IMG/VR virus record: IMGVR_UViG_3300018416_000063
Coordinates: 1-31,691 of that record
Source of the DNA: a virus
Taxonomy: Duplodnaviria > Caudoviricetes
Direction: 5' to 3' (one strand)
DNA: 31,691 nucleotides
Part shown: one piece after another, positions 9,101 to 18,017 of the stretch
How positions within the stretch are numbered: the first letter of the stretch is position 1
Layout of the letters: each line of letters starts with the position of its first letter
The notes under the pieces: model-generated
The model's database searches: none
What the model was told of the DNA's origin: nothing
The model's input: only the letters and a program-made list of their open reading frames with translations
Position numbers and translations under genes: made by a program

Positions 9101-12100
9101 GTACCATTGTTATAGTTTGCTGGATCATTTGGTATAGTTAGGTCAATGTTTTGTTGGGCCGCACCTAATATTTTTCCTTGTAGAGGATCAATATAATCTA
9201 AGTAAGTTAAGACTTTTTCAGTTGTTTTATTGTATATAAATGCTGAGTTGATTAATTCAGTGTTAACTACATCAGTTTCTTTTTCAACTTCTTGCCATAC
9301 TGGTGTAAATGTTTCGTTATTAAATCTAACAATTCTGCCGTTAACATTATCGTTAGTTAGGTGTTTAGGTGAACCAATTAGTAGTTTAGCATTACAGTAA
9401 TCAACACTGGTACCAAATTCACTAAGTGGATGTACTAAACTGTCTGTAATCTGTTGCCCAAATACAAACTTACCTGGATTAGAATAAGTGTCTACATCAC
9501 TTTCCAAATAGTCGTATGTATAAACAGCACCACTTTGTGTTTGTATATCTTTAATTTTAGTAGCACCTGCATCAATTAATGTTGTACTTGCATCTAGTGT
9601 GACTTCTAAATTGGTAGCACCATTAGGTGACCCAATGATAATACTTAACGCATCACTCGAAATATCTAAACTATGTCCAAATCTTGCATTAACAATTGGA
9701 TATGGATTATGAATTGTTTGCATTCTTGGGAATATATCTATACCAAGATCTTCATGTATTACTCCAGTGCCTGGATAGATAAACAATTTGTTAGCCGCAG
9801 GTGCCGCGTTTACATTGATCAACTCAATTTTAATTTTGCCATCAACAACACTTGCTTTAACGTTTGGAAGGCCAGCATTATTAATATCATCTACATAACT
9901 TTCTACTGTTGTACCTGTTGCTCTAACATAATAGTTGTTAATTCTTAGTGCATCACCTACTGTAATAGTTGGGTTTGCTGTTGAACCCATTGTTGATCCA
10001 TATAATCTTGATCTGTTAACAAAGCGTGTTACTGATCCTGCTGAGTCAGCAGTTTTGCTATCTTGCGGAGCACCTACATACATTGAACAGTTAGTTGGAC
10101 ATACTCTTACTGCATAACCAAACTGTGAGTTTTCCATAGCTTCTTCTTGATGTAACTCACCTGCTAATACAAAGTTGTTAGTTTCAACTTCAACAATGTC
10201 ACCTAGATCAACTGAGGCATCATCTATTGTTACTGTATTACCTGCAACCGTATATGTTCCTGCATACAAGTAATCGTCATCATTGACTTGTACTTGATCA
10301 TTAATTAATACTGTTGGTTGACCTTGTATGTCTTTTGTAGTTGTGAATGCTAGTGTTGTATTATCTTTAACTTGGAAACGCTCTGTGTCTCTGTCGTACA
10401 CAAACACTCTGCCTACGTTGTCACTTGAGTCAATTCCTTCGCCCTTAGGAGCACCAATGATTAGTTGTCTGCCATCTCTTGTTGTGGCTAAACTTGATCC
10501 AAATCCATTCCCTAACACACCAGGATTACTAATAGAGTTAACATATTCATAATATGACTCTGCAAATACCTGTATTAATAAATTAGCTGGAGGCGCAATA
10601 CTTGCACCGGATTTGTTTGTTAGTGTAAATGTAATTTCTTGTGTTAACTCGTTGAATGTATAATCATAGTTAGGTCTTAATAATTCTTCATCAATCAATA
10701 CTCTAAATTTGTCAATTGATGTAGCATGATAAATTGAGCTAATATCATATGTTGTAGTTACACCATCACCTTCTTCTTGCCAGGTATACTTGCGTACCAT
10801 TTCAACTCTGGCTCCATCCTTAGGTGCTTCTGTAAATGTAATCTGGCTACCAGACACTGTAAAGTCAGTTACTGGTACTTGAATAATATTATCGATGTTA
10901 ACAGCAACCTGTGTTTCGTCGTCTACAGTAATGTATTCATCAATATTAAATACTATCGTTGACCCGTCTCCTAAGAATTCATATTCTTGCTGTTCATAAT
11001 CTCTACGTTGATATGTGTAGACTTTTTCGTTACCTGGTGCACCTACATAAATCCATTTTGAATTAGGACTAATTGCAACTGCTTGACTAAATCGGCTAGT
11101 TGTTGAATCACCGGATTCGTTACCTGGTACTGTTAAAAATTGTGATTCACGAATAACGCCACTAGTTGTTTGGTCAATGACTACTGCGAGTCCTTCGTCA
11201 TCTTTAGATCCTGGTGCACCTACAATGCTCCAGCCGCCATCAGCTGAATCAATTGCACTACCGTATTCTAAAATTTCTTTTTCAATTACACTAGAAGTTT
11301 TGCCTAGATGTAATTGTGTGCCTTCCTGAATATCTCCAGTACCAATTTGACCAAATACATAAACACTACCTCTACCACTTTCCCAACCTGGTGCACCAAT
11401 TAAACTTGTTAGCCCATCTGGTGTTTGTGATACAACTTGACCAAAGTTTGAATCTGCTTGAGGTGCTTTAAGTGTTTTACTCCAGGTATTGTTTCTATCG
11501 TTAAACGGATTAAATTTCTCTAGCACTTTCCAGCGTGTGCCGTCTACCCAGATCTTTTCACCTGTGTCAACTGAATGAATGTATGATAAGTCTGCAATAT
11601 CGCTACCTTGTGTAACTTTGCTCGACTGTAATACAAACGCTACGCCAAGATCGTCAAGTGCTGTTATTTCATCAGGCAATGATAAGTCAATTACAATTTT
11701 ATTTAACTGTGGTGTCGACTTAACTCTAAATGCGCCTGTTAATCTATCAAAGAATCTAAACACAACAATATCATCTTTTACTAATGTATGATGACCGTTA
11801 AATGTTACTGTTGATGTTTCGTCTAGGTTATCAACTATTCTAATAGGTTCATTACGTAGCAGTGTTGATCTATAAACATTCCAAGAGTAGTTGTTATCTT
11901 TTGCTACCCAAATCTTAGTGCCTTCAGTAATTTTGTTAATATTTTCTTCAATTGCTGTTAGATCTGCTAGTTCATAAACTTTGATATCAACATCTTCAAC
12001 ATTTACAAATCCTGCTGATGGTAGTGAGTTTTCAACATTCTGATAGTCAACAGTTGGTAATATATTACCATTGTTTACTTTATAGCTTGACTTATAAATG

Positions 12101-15100
12101 TCATCTACTCTCACTGTCTGGTTAACTGTAGATCCGTTTGTTTCGTTTGTGATCTTAAGTGTTGCTGGGTTACCTGTTAGTTTGTCGCTGATTAATTGTG
12201 CTTCGACATAACTTCTGTTAGATGTAGCACCATATAAGCCTGAACGCACAGCCCAGTTTTCAAATATGTTATAGTCTGCTAGTTCTTTATCAAGTTTAGC
12301 AGATTTAAATAAATCCGTTGCTTGTTTACTACCTTTATTACCAATAAAGTTTTTGTAAACATTTGTCTGACTCACATCATCTAGTGTAAGTCCTTGCATA
12401 TAATCTCTTGGGCGGAAGCCAATTAACCCAAAGCCTAATAAATCAGCATCTGATTCTAAGTTAGCCGCCGATAAATCATAATAGTCTTCACTTTGTTGTG
12501 CTTTTAATGCTATGTTTGGAATCAGACCAGTTTTGATTGATTCGTATTCTGTTTCTGTCCAATCTGCAAAGTCAAATAGTTCGGCGGGATTAATTCGTGT
12601 ACGTGCAGAGTAATATTTGTTTTTATACTTAACAATGTCTCCTTTTGAATACTCTGTATTATCTTGCCAGACTTCAACGTTAGGTTGATTCATAATAAAG
12701 CCAGGAGCGTTAACTGTTCCGTCCCAGTTATCTGACACAGTTCCTACTAATCTTAATCGGTGTTGTCTTGCACCAGTTGCTGGATCATACATTAAGTCAT
12801 TGAAGATTGATGTATTATCAAATACTAGTGCATGTTCGTAGCTTGTGAACTTAACTTTAATGTAATTAATTGAATCATCTTCAGATGTTTTAATAATCAG
12901 ATCATTGTCAAGTCTATGCCATACTAAATTATCTTTATGTATAGGTTGAAGATTTTGGTTCAATACAAACTCATCAGCACGTCTACCTAGAATAGGTGTT
13001 GCTACTGCACCCGGTTTTGATATTTTAAGTTCGTTGGCCGCAGGATTTAAATTAACTATCGCACCTTCTTGCCATCCTTGTTGATTCCAGTACAGGAACT
13101 CGTTGACCATTTGCCCCCAATTTAAAATATAATCATTTTCTTTGTCTTCAAATATAAAGCCTTTTGATTCTAGCCATTGTCCGTAACTTACTAAGAAGTC
13201 AACTAATGCACCTTTGTTAGTAAATGTATAACCATATGGTATTAGTACTTCTTTGTTAGAAAAGTCTAAGCTCATTCTAACAGTGTCATTACCTACTTGA
13301 ACATTTTTGTAGTTACCGTTTGGTATTGATTGGAATATTCTAAAGTATAACTGTTCTTTTGAGTTGCCGTAGACTGCATAGCCACCTGCAACTTTTTGCA
13401 CGATAACTGAACTATAAGTTACTTCATCAAAAGGTTCATTATTGTATAATAATACTTCATAACTTTCGTCTGGTAATAATAAGCTAGAGTTCAATGAGTT
13501 AGGTGATGTTTTTTCAGTAAACACTTTTAAGTATTGTTTGTCTGTAAAGCCGCCTGCTCTATAAACTAATTGTATTTTTGTATTACGGAAAGTATCAACG
13601 ATTGCTTGTTTGTCAGCAATACCTTGTCTACGTGCAAAGTCAACACACCAGTTAATGTATGAGTGTTTGATAGTGCCTTGACCATATATTTCAATATTGT
13701 TTGAAGTTAATCTATATCTTGAATCATAAACATATTGATCTAACTCTGTTGAGTATTTGTATCTATCTCTGTCTGCCATTAGGCTAAAGAACTGTGCAGG
13801 TTTAGTTTTTGCTAGTAGTTTCATAACAGCAAATGGATATGCTGAACTACGTCTCCACGCAGTTTCTGTAGGTCCCATGTCACCTACTTGCCATGATTTT
13901 TCTGTACTTTTCAAATCGTAATTATTAACTAATACATCAAAACTTGCTTCTAATTGTCCTTCATCGCCTGTTGGAATAATTGATTGTAAGCCTGGGCGTT
14001 TAAATTCTTCAATGACATAGTCACCATCCGGATGTGCTACAACACCATTGGCCATGTCGTCCCATAATACTAGGTTATCGCCTGTGTATGGTGCTGGACC
14101 ATATTGACGTTGCCACCATTCAGGTTCTTCACTGAATCCAAACATTTCCCAAGGACGTAAGTGAGGAACATCTGTATCGTAGAATTTATATAAGTTGCCT
14201 CTCCAGCCACCTTTAAGTAGTTCACCGTCTACTCTGTCCGTTGCTGTTGAGTAGTTCCAAGTTTTCTTATTGTCTTTATCGTACTCTTGTTCTTTGTAGT
14301 CTAACTTGTTCCATGCTACCCATGACAAGAAACTTTCTCCCATTAGCTCTGTAACTTCAGCATCAGTGTAGTCTGTAGTTCTAAACTTACCTGGAATAAC
14401 ATCATACCAACGTAGAGGTATTTTACTGTCTAGTGGAACTTTGATGTTGTTGTAGATTCTACGTTCAAATTCTAATAACACTTCATCACGGTTATCACCA
14501 AACGCAATCATTCTAGAACCATCATGGCCTTGTAAGATTGTCTGCGATGTTGTATATGAATCGTCTGTAAAGAACTCAGGTTTAAATCTATCAAACAATC
14601 CTAATTTAGTTGGTGTAGGCGGAACAAAACTTCCTTGAGTTGATTCGTATTCTCTAATCTTATCAACGTCACCCACAGTCAGTGTTTTACTAATTGTTAG
14701 TCTAGGTCCATCTGTTGCCACTGTGTAGTCTGTGTTGATTAATAATTGTTCATCATTTAAGTAAACTACCAGACCTCGATAGTTTGCTTTTGTAAAGTCA
14801 TATGTGTATAACAAGTCAAATACATTATCATCAATTGGTGTGATTGTTATTTTAGTTTCTTCATAGACTTCACCGCATGGTATTGTATCTGCCCAGTAAA
14901 ATGGCATATCTGGATTACGTCCTCTATTCAGACTCTGAAATGCTTGATCTAATCTTTCAGCGGCTGTACCTTGATAATCATTTTTTGTTAAGGCATCAAT
15001 TAATCTATTTTTAAATTTTTCGTATTCGTTTGATGCATATTCAACTGAATCAAAGAAGTTGATGTTTGAATCTTTTGCAAATGTTGCTGTAAACTGCATC

Positions 15101-18009
15101 GGTGCCGACTGTTCAACAATTTGTCTTCCGTATGTTGCGACGTCGCCCAGATCTCTTAAATTATTTTCGCCTAGTACTGTACCAACAAGGTCAGGATGAC
15201 TTTGACCAAGTCCAACAAAATGATTTCTAATTGTACCTAATGTAACTGTAGGGAACGAATCGTTAACAGAATTATCACTAAGATTTGCAGGCATTTCATA
15301 ATATGCAATATTACTCTTTTGATCACTGATAACATGAATGTGTACTAGTTCTTTTGTTTCGTTAAATGTAACTGTAGTTGATGTTGCTGTTCTAGTAACA
15401 GTATAATCGCTAGGTAACACAAACTGATTATCGGCATAAACAACCACAGCATTGTCACCATTGTTGTGTCTAATATCACATATACATGTTGCTGTGTCTG
15501 TAAATGTGAATATCTGTGCTTGTCGTGTTGTTTCGGAGCTCTTAACCCAACCAGTTCTAAGATTGTAATTTGTTCTATCTCTGTATTTTCTAACAAATCC
15601 GGTACCAACATCAGTTGTTGTTGACACATTATTAATCGTGTAAACAAAAGTGTCACTGTATAAGTTGTTGTCAAATACAATATCACCAACATTGTTGATA
15701 TTTAAGTAGCTTAATCTTAACCCAACTTCTTGATCAATTGGTCCTGTACCTTCTTTGTATGAAAATAGTTTAGTTCCTCTAAAGTTTGTTGATGGATAAA
15801 CAGCAGTGTTACTAATCGAATATCCGTCAGCATCAAATATATCAAACAATGGTGGTTGATTAATTTTTGTTTTTTGCTGTGTTTCTAACCACTCTGTCCC
15901 TGTATATCTGTAGCTCTTGCCTTTTAAAGTTGTACCACTCTGTAAGTAAACAACTTGATCAGCATTTACTTCTGCATCATCTGCTTCAACTAGCTGAATA
16001 ATTTTTTCACTTGTTTGTTCTGGATCTTCTGTTATGCCTATAGGATCAACTAGTTTAACTTCATAAATCTTATTACGTACCACAGGATCTAAGTCAGCGG
16101 CAAAAATAATTCTGGCACCATCATATAAACCAAAGTTGTCAATATTGTACCCTATTTTGCCTGCTACATTACTCAGTGCGTCTTTTTGTTTAAGATCGAT
16201 AATATCAATTGCACGTTTGCCTTCAGTACCAAAGTTATATAAACGAAGACCGTCATTAAATTCTAAGATAGGACGTTTAGCACGTGCTGTTTGATCTAAG
16301 TTAGCAACTGTTTTGTTATACTCTGCACTTGCTTTAATAACTGAAACATGGAACCAACGATTACTGCGTGTCCATGGATTTTTATCTTCAGAGGCTCTGT
16401 TGATAGTAAAGTAATCTTTATTGACCGGAGCATTTAAACTTGAGTCCCACGGTGCTTCGTCATATCCCTTAACATCAAATGGTTCGCTGTCTGAAATTGT
16501 ATAGTCTTCAGGTGTTTTAAAATCTTCCACTGCTAGTAATTTAATTGCAGTACCAACACCTTCAACATAGTATTCTTTATCTTGATAACTTTCAGGTAGT
16601 GTTCCGCCACGGAATTGTACTTTTAATCCATTGGTAAATTTAACACCTGTTGGTGATGTATATTCTTTAGCGCCTAAGATATCATCTTGTATGTTTAAAG
16701 TTAATTGATCAACAGCATCAACTACTCGAATAATACCAAATCTATTTTCATCATTTTGATCTTGATAGTATAAAGTATTGCTGATTGCTGTAATGTGTGG
16801 TTGTTCTTCAAAGAACCCTTCAGCTGTTTTCCAAAAGTATTGATTGTTATATTTTGTACCATACTGTACATGTACTTTTTTCAAGTTAGGAACTTCTTTA
16901 ACTTTGTTAAGTACCATAATTGGATTTGCACCACTAGGATCAAATTGAGGTGAATTTTCATCTTCCTCGTAACGATATTCGATACGATAAACAGAATAAC
17001 GATCTGTTTTAGTTGCTATGTCTTGTGATTCAGCAAAAGGTGTATCATTATCATCATATGGTGCAGTGTCAAATAAGTCATCTCTTTTCCAACCTGAGTC
17101 TTCACCGTCACCTGGGTTTCTATTAGTAAAGATAATTGTTCTGTTACGTAGATCAGTAACTTCATCAATACCATCATACTTGTCTAAGAATGGTCTTACC
17201 TGTTGATTGTTAACTTCATCAAATCTTAACTCTGTAACTAAATCAACTTTAGCCACAGTGTCCATGTTTAAGAAAAAGTTTTGTTCAGTATCTAGTGGAA
17301 CATTAAATTGAATAACACCATTGTCCTCACCGTTGTTAGTAACACCTAGTACTTCGCGGCTTGATTGGTTTGGCTGACCTGGAACAAGACCATTTGCGCC
17401 TGGGTTTGTTTGAATCCAAAATGGATTACCTGTTTGTTCTACATTAAATTTATAATTGCCGCCTCGAACAACTGTGATAGTTGGGTTTGTTCCTTCTACA
17501 CCACTAAGATTATAGTCAAATTCATTTCTAGTAACATCATATTCGTCACTAGTAGATATTTCAGTAGCACCTACATCAACCGAGTCAGGACCTTGTGGTA
17601 GCCAATAATATTGTGAGAAGTTAACAAATTTATCGTAGTCTACAAACGGATCCCATGAATAGTATTCTGAATCAAATAATCTATCATGTCTATTAACATT
17701 AGCACCTGCTACCTGTAGAGCATCCACTATGCCTGGATATGTTAAAAAGTCTTTAGTTTCAGATGAGTCTTTCTTTTTATATGTAACTGCTGGCTCTAAT
17801 TGATATGATGCCCGTTCTTGGTCTTGTTCTAATATATAACTATCAAGACCTTTGACACCTAATCCAGTTCTACGACCAACATATCCCTCAACACGTCTTA
17901 GTTGGGGACGCTGTACAATTTGATCAAGAGTGGCATTTAGAAACTTCTGATTGGTTTCTGTTTGAAATATTTCAGGTAATAGGTCTAATGTTCTAGTAAA
18001 TCTTGCCAT
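3157..18009 (-). CDS. Giant (4950 aa) multidomain baseplate wedge/adhesin-like virion protein (positional gp7 analogue)
   Basis: Uninterrupted 14.85-kb ORF directly after gp6. Begins LDLLPEIFQT. Contains G(S/A)GYT wedge-type repeats (~7100-7325), seven FG-GAP blades, many GDGS/V-x-(V/I)-(N/D) beta-sandwich repeats, and cupredoxin-like, CBM-like and peptidase-like modules. Confidence 0.8.
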   Translation of the reverse strand: MARFTRTLDLLPEIFQTETNQKFLNATLDQIVQRPQLRRVEGYVGRRTGLGVKGLDSYILEQDQERASYQLEPAVTYKKKDSSETKDFLTYPGIVDALQVAGANVNRHDRLFDSEYYSWDPFVDYDKFVNFSQYYWLPQGPDSVDVGATEISTSDEYDVTRNEFDYNLSGVEGTNPTITVVRGGNYKFNVEQTGNPFWIQTNPGANGLVPGQPNQSSREVLGVTNNGEDNGVIQFNVPLDTEQNFFLNMDTVAKVDLVTELRFDEVNNQQVRPFLDKYDGIDEVTDLRNRTIIFTNRNPGDGEDSGWKRDDLFDTAPYDDNDTPFAESQDIATKTDRYSVYRIEYRYEEDENSPQFDPSGANPIMVLNKVKEVPNLKKVHVQYGTKYNNQYFWKTAEGFFEEQPHITAISNTLYYQDQNDENRFGIIRVVDAVDQLTLNIQDDILGAKEYTSPTGVKFTNGLKVQFRGGTLPESYQDKEYYVEGVGTAIKLLAVEDFKTPEDYTISDSEPFDVKGYDEAPWDSSLNAPVNKDYFTINRASEDKNPWTRSNRWFHVSVIKASAEYNKTVANLDQTARAKRPILEFNDGLRLYNFGTEGKRAIDIIDLKQKDALSNVAGKIGYNIDNFGLYDGARIIFAADLDPVVRNKIYEVKLVDPIGITEDPEQTSEKIIQLVEADDAEVNADQVVYLQSGTTLKGKSYRYTGTEWLETQQKTKINQPPLFDIFDADGYSISNTAVYPSTNFRGTKLFSYKEGTGPIDQEVGLRLSYLNINNVGDIVFDNNLYSDTFVYTINNVSTTTDVGTGFVRKYRDRTNYNLRTGWVKSSETTRQAQIFTFTDTATCICDIRHNNGDNAVVVYADNQFVLPSDYTVTRTATSTTVTFNETKELVHIHVISDQKSNIAYYEMPANLSDNSVNDSFPTVTLGTIRNHFVGLGQSHPDLVGTVLGENNLRDLGDVATYGRQIVEQSAPMQFTATFAKDSNINFFDSVEYASNEYEKFKNRLIDALTKNDYQGTAAERLDQAFQSLNRGRNPDMPFYWADTIPCGEVYEETKITITPIDDNVFDLLYTYDFTKANYRGLVVYLNDEQLLINTDYTVATDGPRLTISKTLTVGDVDKIREYESTQGSFVPPTPTKLGLFDRFKPEFFTDDSYTTSQTILQGHDGSRMIAFGDNRDEVLLEFERRIYNNIKVPLDSKIPLRWYDVIPGKFRTTDYTDAEVTELMGESFLSWVAWNKLDYKEQEYDKDNKKTWNYSTATDRVDGELLKGGWRGNLYKFYDTDVPHLRPWEMFGFSEEPEWWQRQYGPAPYTGDNLVLWDDMANGVVAHPDGDYVIEEFKRPGLQSIIPTGDEGQLEASFDVLVNNYDLKSTEKSWQVGDMGPTETAWRRSSAYPFAVMKLLAKTKPAQFFSLMADRDRYKYSTELDQYVYDSRYRLTSNNIEIYGQGTIKHSYINWCVDFARRQGIADKQAIVDTFRNTKIQLVYRAGGFTDKQYLKVFTEKTSPNSLNSSLLLPDESYEVLLYNNEPFDEVTYSSVIVQKVAGGYAVYGNSKEQLYFRIFQSIPNGNYKNVQVGNDTVRMSLDFSNKEVLIPYGYTFTNKGALVDFLVSYGQWLESKGFIFEDKENDYILNWGQMVNEFLYWNQQGWQEGAIVNLNPAANELKISKPGAVATPILGRRADEFVLNQNLQPIHKDNLVWHRLDNDLIIKTSEDDSINYIKVKFTSYEHALVFDNTSIFNDLMYDPATGARQHRLRLVGTVSDNWDGTVNAPGFIMNQPNVEVWQDNTEYSKGDIVKYKNKYYSARTRINPAELFDFADWTETEYESIKTGLIPNIALKAQQSEDYYDLSAANLESDADLLGFGLIGFRPRDYMQGLTLDDVSQTNVYKNFIGNKGSKQATDLFKSAKLDKELADYNIFENWAVRSGLYGATSNRSYVEAQLISDKLTGNPATLKITNETNGSTVNQTVRVDDIYKSSYKVNNGNILPTVDYQNVENSLPSAGFVNVEDVDIKVYELADLTAIEENINKITEGTKIWVAKDNNYSWNVYRSTLLRNEPIRIVDNLDETSTVTFNGHHTLVKDDIVVFRFFDRLTGAFRVKSTPQLNKIVIDLSLPDEITALDDLGVAFVLQSSKVTQGSDIADLSYIHSVDTGEKIWVDGTRWKVLEKFNPFNDRNNTWSKTLKAPQADSNFGQVVSQTPDGLTSLIGAPGWESGRGSVYVFGQIGTGDIQEGTQLHLGKTSSVIEKEILEYGSAIDSADGGWSIVGAPGSKDDEGLAVVIDQTTSGVIRESQFLTVPGNESGDSTTSRFSQAVAISPNSKWIYVGAPGNEKVYTYQRRDYEQQEYEFLGDGSTIVFNIDEYITVDDETQVAVNIDNIIQVPVTDFTVSGSQITFTEAPKDGARVEMVRKYTWQEEGDGVTTTYDISSIYHATSIDKFRVLIDEELLRPNYDYTFNELTQEITFTLTNKSGASIAPPANLLIQVFAESYYEYVNSISNPGVLGNGFGSSLATTRDGRQLIIGAPKGEGIDSSDNVGRVFVYDRDTERFQVKDNTTLAFTTTKDIQGQPTVLINDQVQVNDDDYLYAGTYTVAGNTVTIDDASVDLGDIVEVETNNFVLAGELHQEEAMENSQFGYAVRVCPTNCSMYVGAPQDSKTADSAGSVTRFVNRSRLYGSTMGSTANPTITVGDALRINNYYVRATGTTVESYVDDINNAGLPNVKASVVDGKIKIELINVNAAPAANKLFIYPGTGVIHEDLGIDIFPRMQTIHNPYPIVNARFGHSLDISSDALSIIIGSPNGATNLEVTLDASTTLIDAGATKIKDIQTQSGAVYTYDYLESDVDTYSNPGKFVFGQQITDSLVHPLSEFGTSVDYCNAKLLIGSPKHLTNDNVNGRIVRFNNETFTPVWQEVEKETDVVNTELINSAFIYNKTTEKVLTYLDYIDPLQGKILGAAQQNIDLTIPNDPANYNNGTENNFGMAWGNEHLGTVWWDVSTAKFINYNQSTADYRAKRIGNLFPGSSIDIYQWISSDVPPSEYEGEGTVYSTESFSTLSDVRQGGEVVVKYYYWVKGLTSVDRNSGKTLSPLTIQQYIETPKSSGIPYIAMVDTGTFALFNSQGYVLDTDSVLHIEFDKIKTDNNVHIEFELIRDNDPTQFLSDGLYRKFLDSFCGTDTAGNKVPDSNLSITDRRGVEFRPRQTMFVDRFKALENYITATNRILKQIPVTEIRSYPLLESKEEIPGKPTGAWDIELNDIAELSYQTINIDPIGRKYLVKSDENNSGLWTIYTLQSNRTLLLTRVQNYKTTRYWDLVDWYAEDYNILDKPSKEVNQYADLGTLTDAILGTVVKVRSNAQNKFEIYRLTNAGWERVGLEKGTIQIKKSVYDYDQERNGFDNEVFDAQYFDQEAVIELRQIIKSLNEEIFVDDLAKHRIDLITLMFNYVLSEQKSTDWLVKTSLIDVQHNLRELKQFDILRRDNQDFLQQYIKEVKPYRTQIKEFNLVYKGDDVYSGDATDFDLPAEFNTTLNKYISPRHVLDQEDITGEGVYQLDNVIWSTGKYSMWRQNFALSIESVTVIEGGSGYTEPPELIITGECDIPAEMTAKVSTAGEVIAVVVDYPGAGYTSTPVITLKGGNGEGAKLVAVTAPGDVRSYKTTIKFDRYQHSTNVVDWTAETAYDQDQLVRFNNKVYKVTWGDGSTLTKATFDPLDYELVDVTDLSGVDRTMGLYQPGANYPGLDLSLLVYGTEYPGVNMIGPDFSSNTGYDVGNFDTNPWDNIDFDENGKPSYSETILDAKYLGGDYSGSATTQYDVVTETKVFDLTVSQPDAAHMNDNFEQDDPWLWSWDSDFYRPTGGTLEQDPNITLQRGSTYKFRNFSYGHSLFIKTQALSEEEFLAGNTDLYKLGEDDGVINNGAKRATVEDKTPVTVTWTVPLDYPHDTVVIQHSQYGMEDTLKIAGEIITNDTSRPTDIDVVGGAFVDSYNSHAPQELVPGAVFDTLNIQVTTRPGEDYTNQGWSGQSQTKFVEFNGTDRTISFDGLIDVPFAVLAYEVSTGKQLVFEYGDTPVDTVDYTIDWNAKTITLTDGRFSTGDIIGVTAHGVGGGNQLLVEDYVAGDYLTTDGHAEIILPVDHEQIKNLEVLVNGEKITNWTLETYETYHTKLGIGTRDLTGDGAPDVDQVVSSAVGGGVADSEYNNGAISNVTGNGSDFFKREVTVNGVRIMAAGTVGGQTAVPDAFTEKVARMFELFTDPNGSGINEEYQRNLIKTLSGDAGTYHEGLPTIQRVARGAGADYSPNFLTDEGVASWNLTDLFDNTVQNDMVWYLNSTGDGYGDGDTDAQEVIEHVFHTLHMHGLPADDIKLYQFLAADWQTGDLYAAMEEAYDAGKWDPSGYLDNPDDWKTDADAFEVAAKEYLYLLNFCMFEYTELWDGGSLAPEWSDDMRTQAGILANNPLGYAFHNTYIAPVISKPSLATIRSIFQDGNTPEQDNPALAGESGYVVDVIGGSRALQSTDYIHIAVLGFSGLDTVSTLLLEYDPDVHCDVSYPKVDSMYVTDASEYVYPIAQDIHDQGINPEFAIVTLNGERLRPPEGLEWTGDGSTVDFTLDLQTTLGQGLIADNDLSVYVDEYELQLYADYILSPYDGSSDRVVTLQNAPADGSKVKIFVDTGADYKIHRHTHDPIHVEAACIHIKSTGLTLNVGDHIAVTSFGFTDELDGMTKVYQGPTQSGFTTRTTFDSVGFDTEAGFDRQVGVTIDQSVYFLGRTITLPERLIVHVNGQRKFYGTDWKMLDGDNRYIEFYSVNVQATDIVTVTLRTENIVPNAMTFQIFKDMNDTAGIWRCGEESISTLVQQVERDDDVIYVRDASKLPEPDLENGVFGFIMIGGERISYRNRDLVTNTVSNLRRGIHGTAITTHVVNSDVVNMSSNEYVDWSYTQSLYANDGKPLTQTDTVPAKFLRRAN
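4531..5472 (-). other. Inserted zinc-metallopeptidase-like domain within the giant protein (aa ~4180-4493)
   Basis: Helical-looking segment flanked by GGG and GG linkers. Carries EVIEHVFHTLHMH (EHVFHTLHMH at 4981-5010) and a downstream KEYLY (Glu at 4801-4803). Confidence 0.55.
9364..11450 (-). repeat. Seven FG-GAP (integrin-alpha-type) beta-propeller repeats within the giant protein
   Basis: NFG..IGAPG, EYG..VGAPG, RFS..VGAPG, GFG..IGAPK, QFG..VGAPQ, RFG..IGSPN, EFG..IGSPK. Confidence 0.8.
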
Positions 18010-18017
18010 TCTTTATC

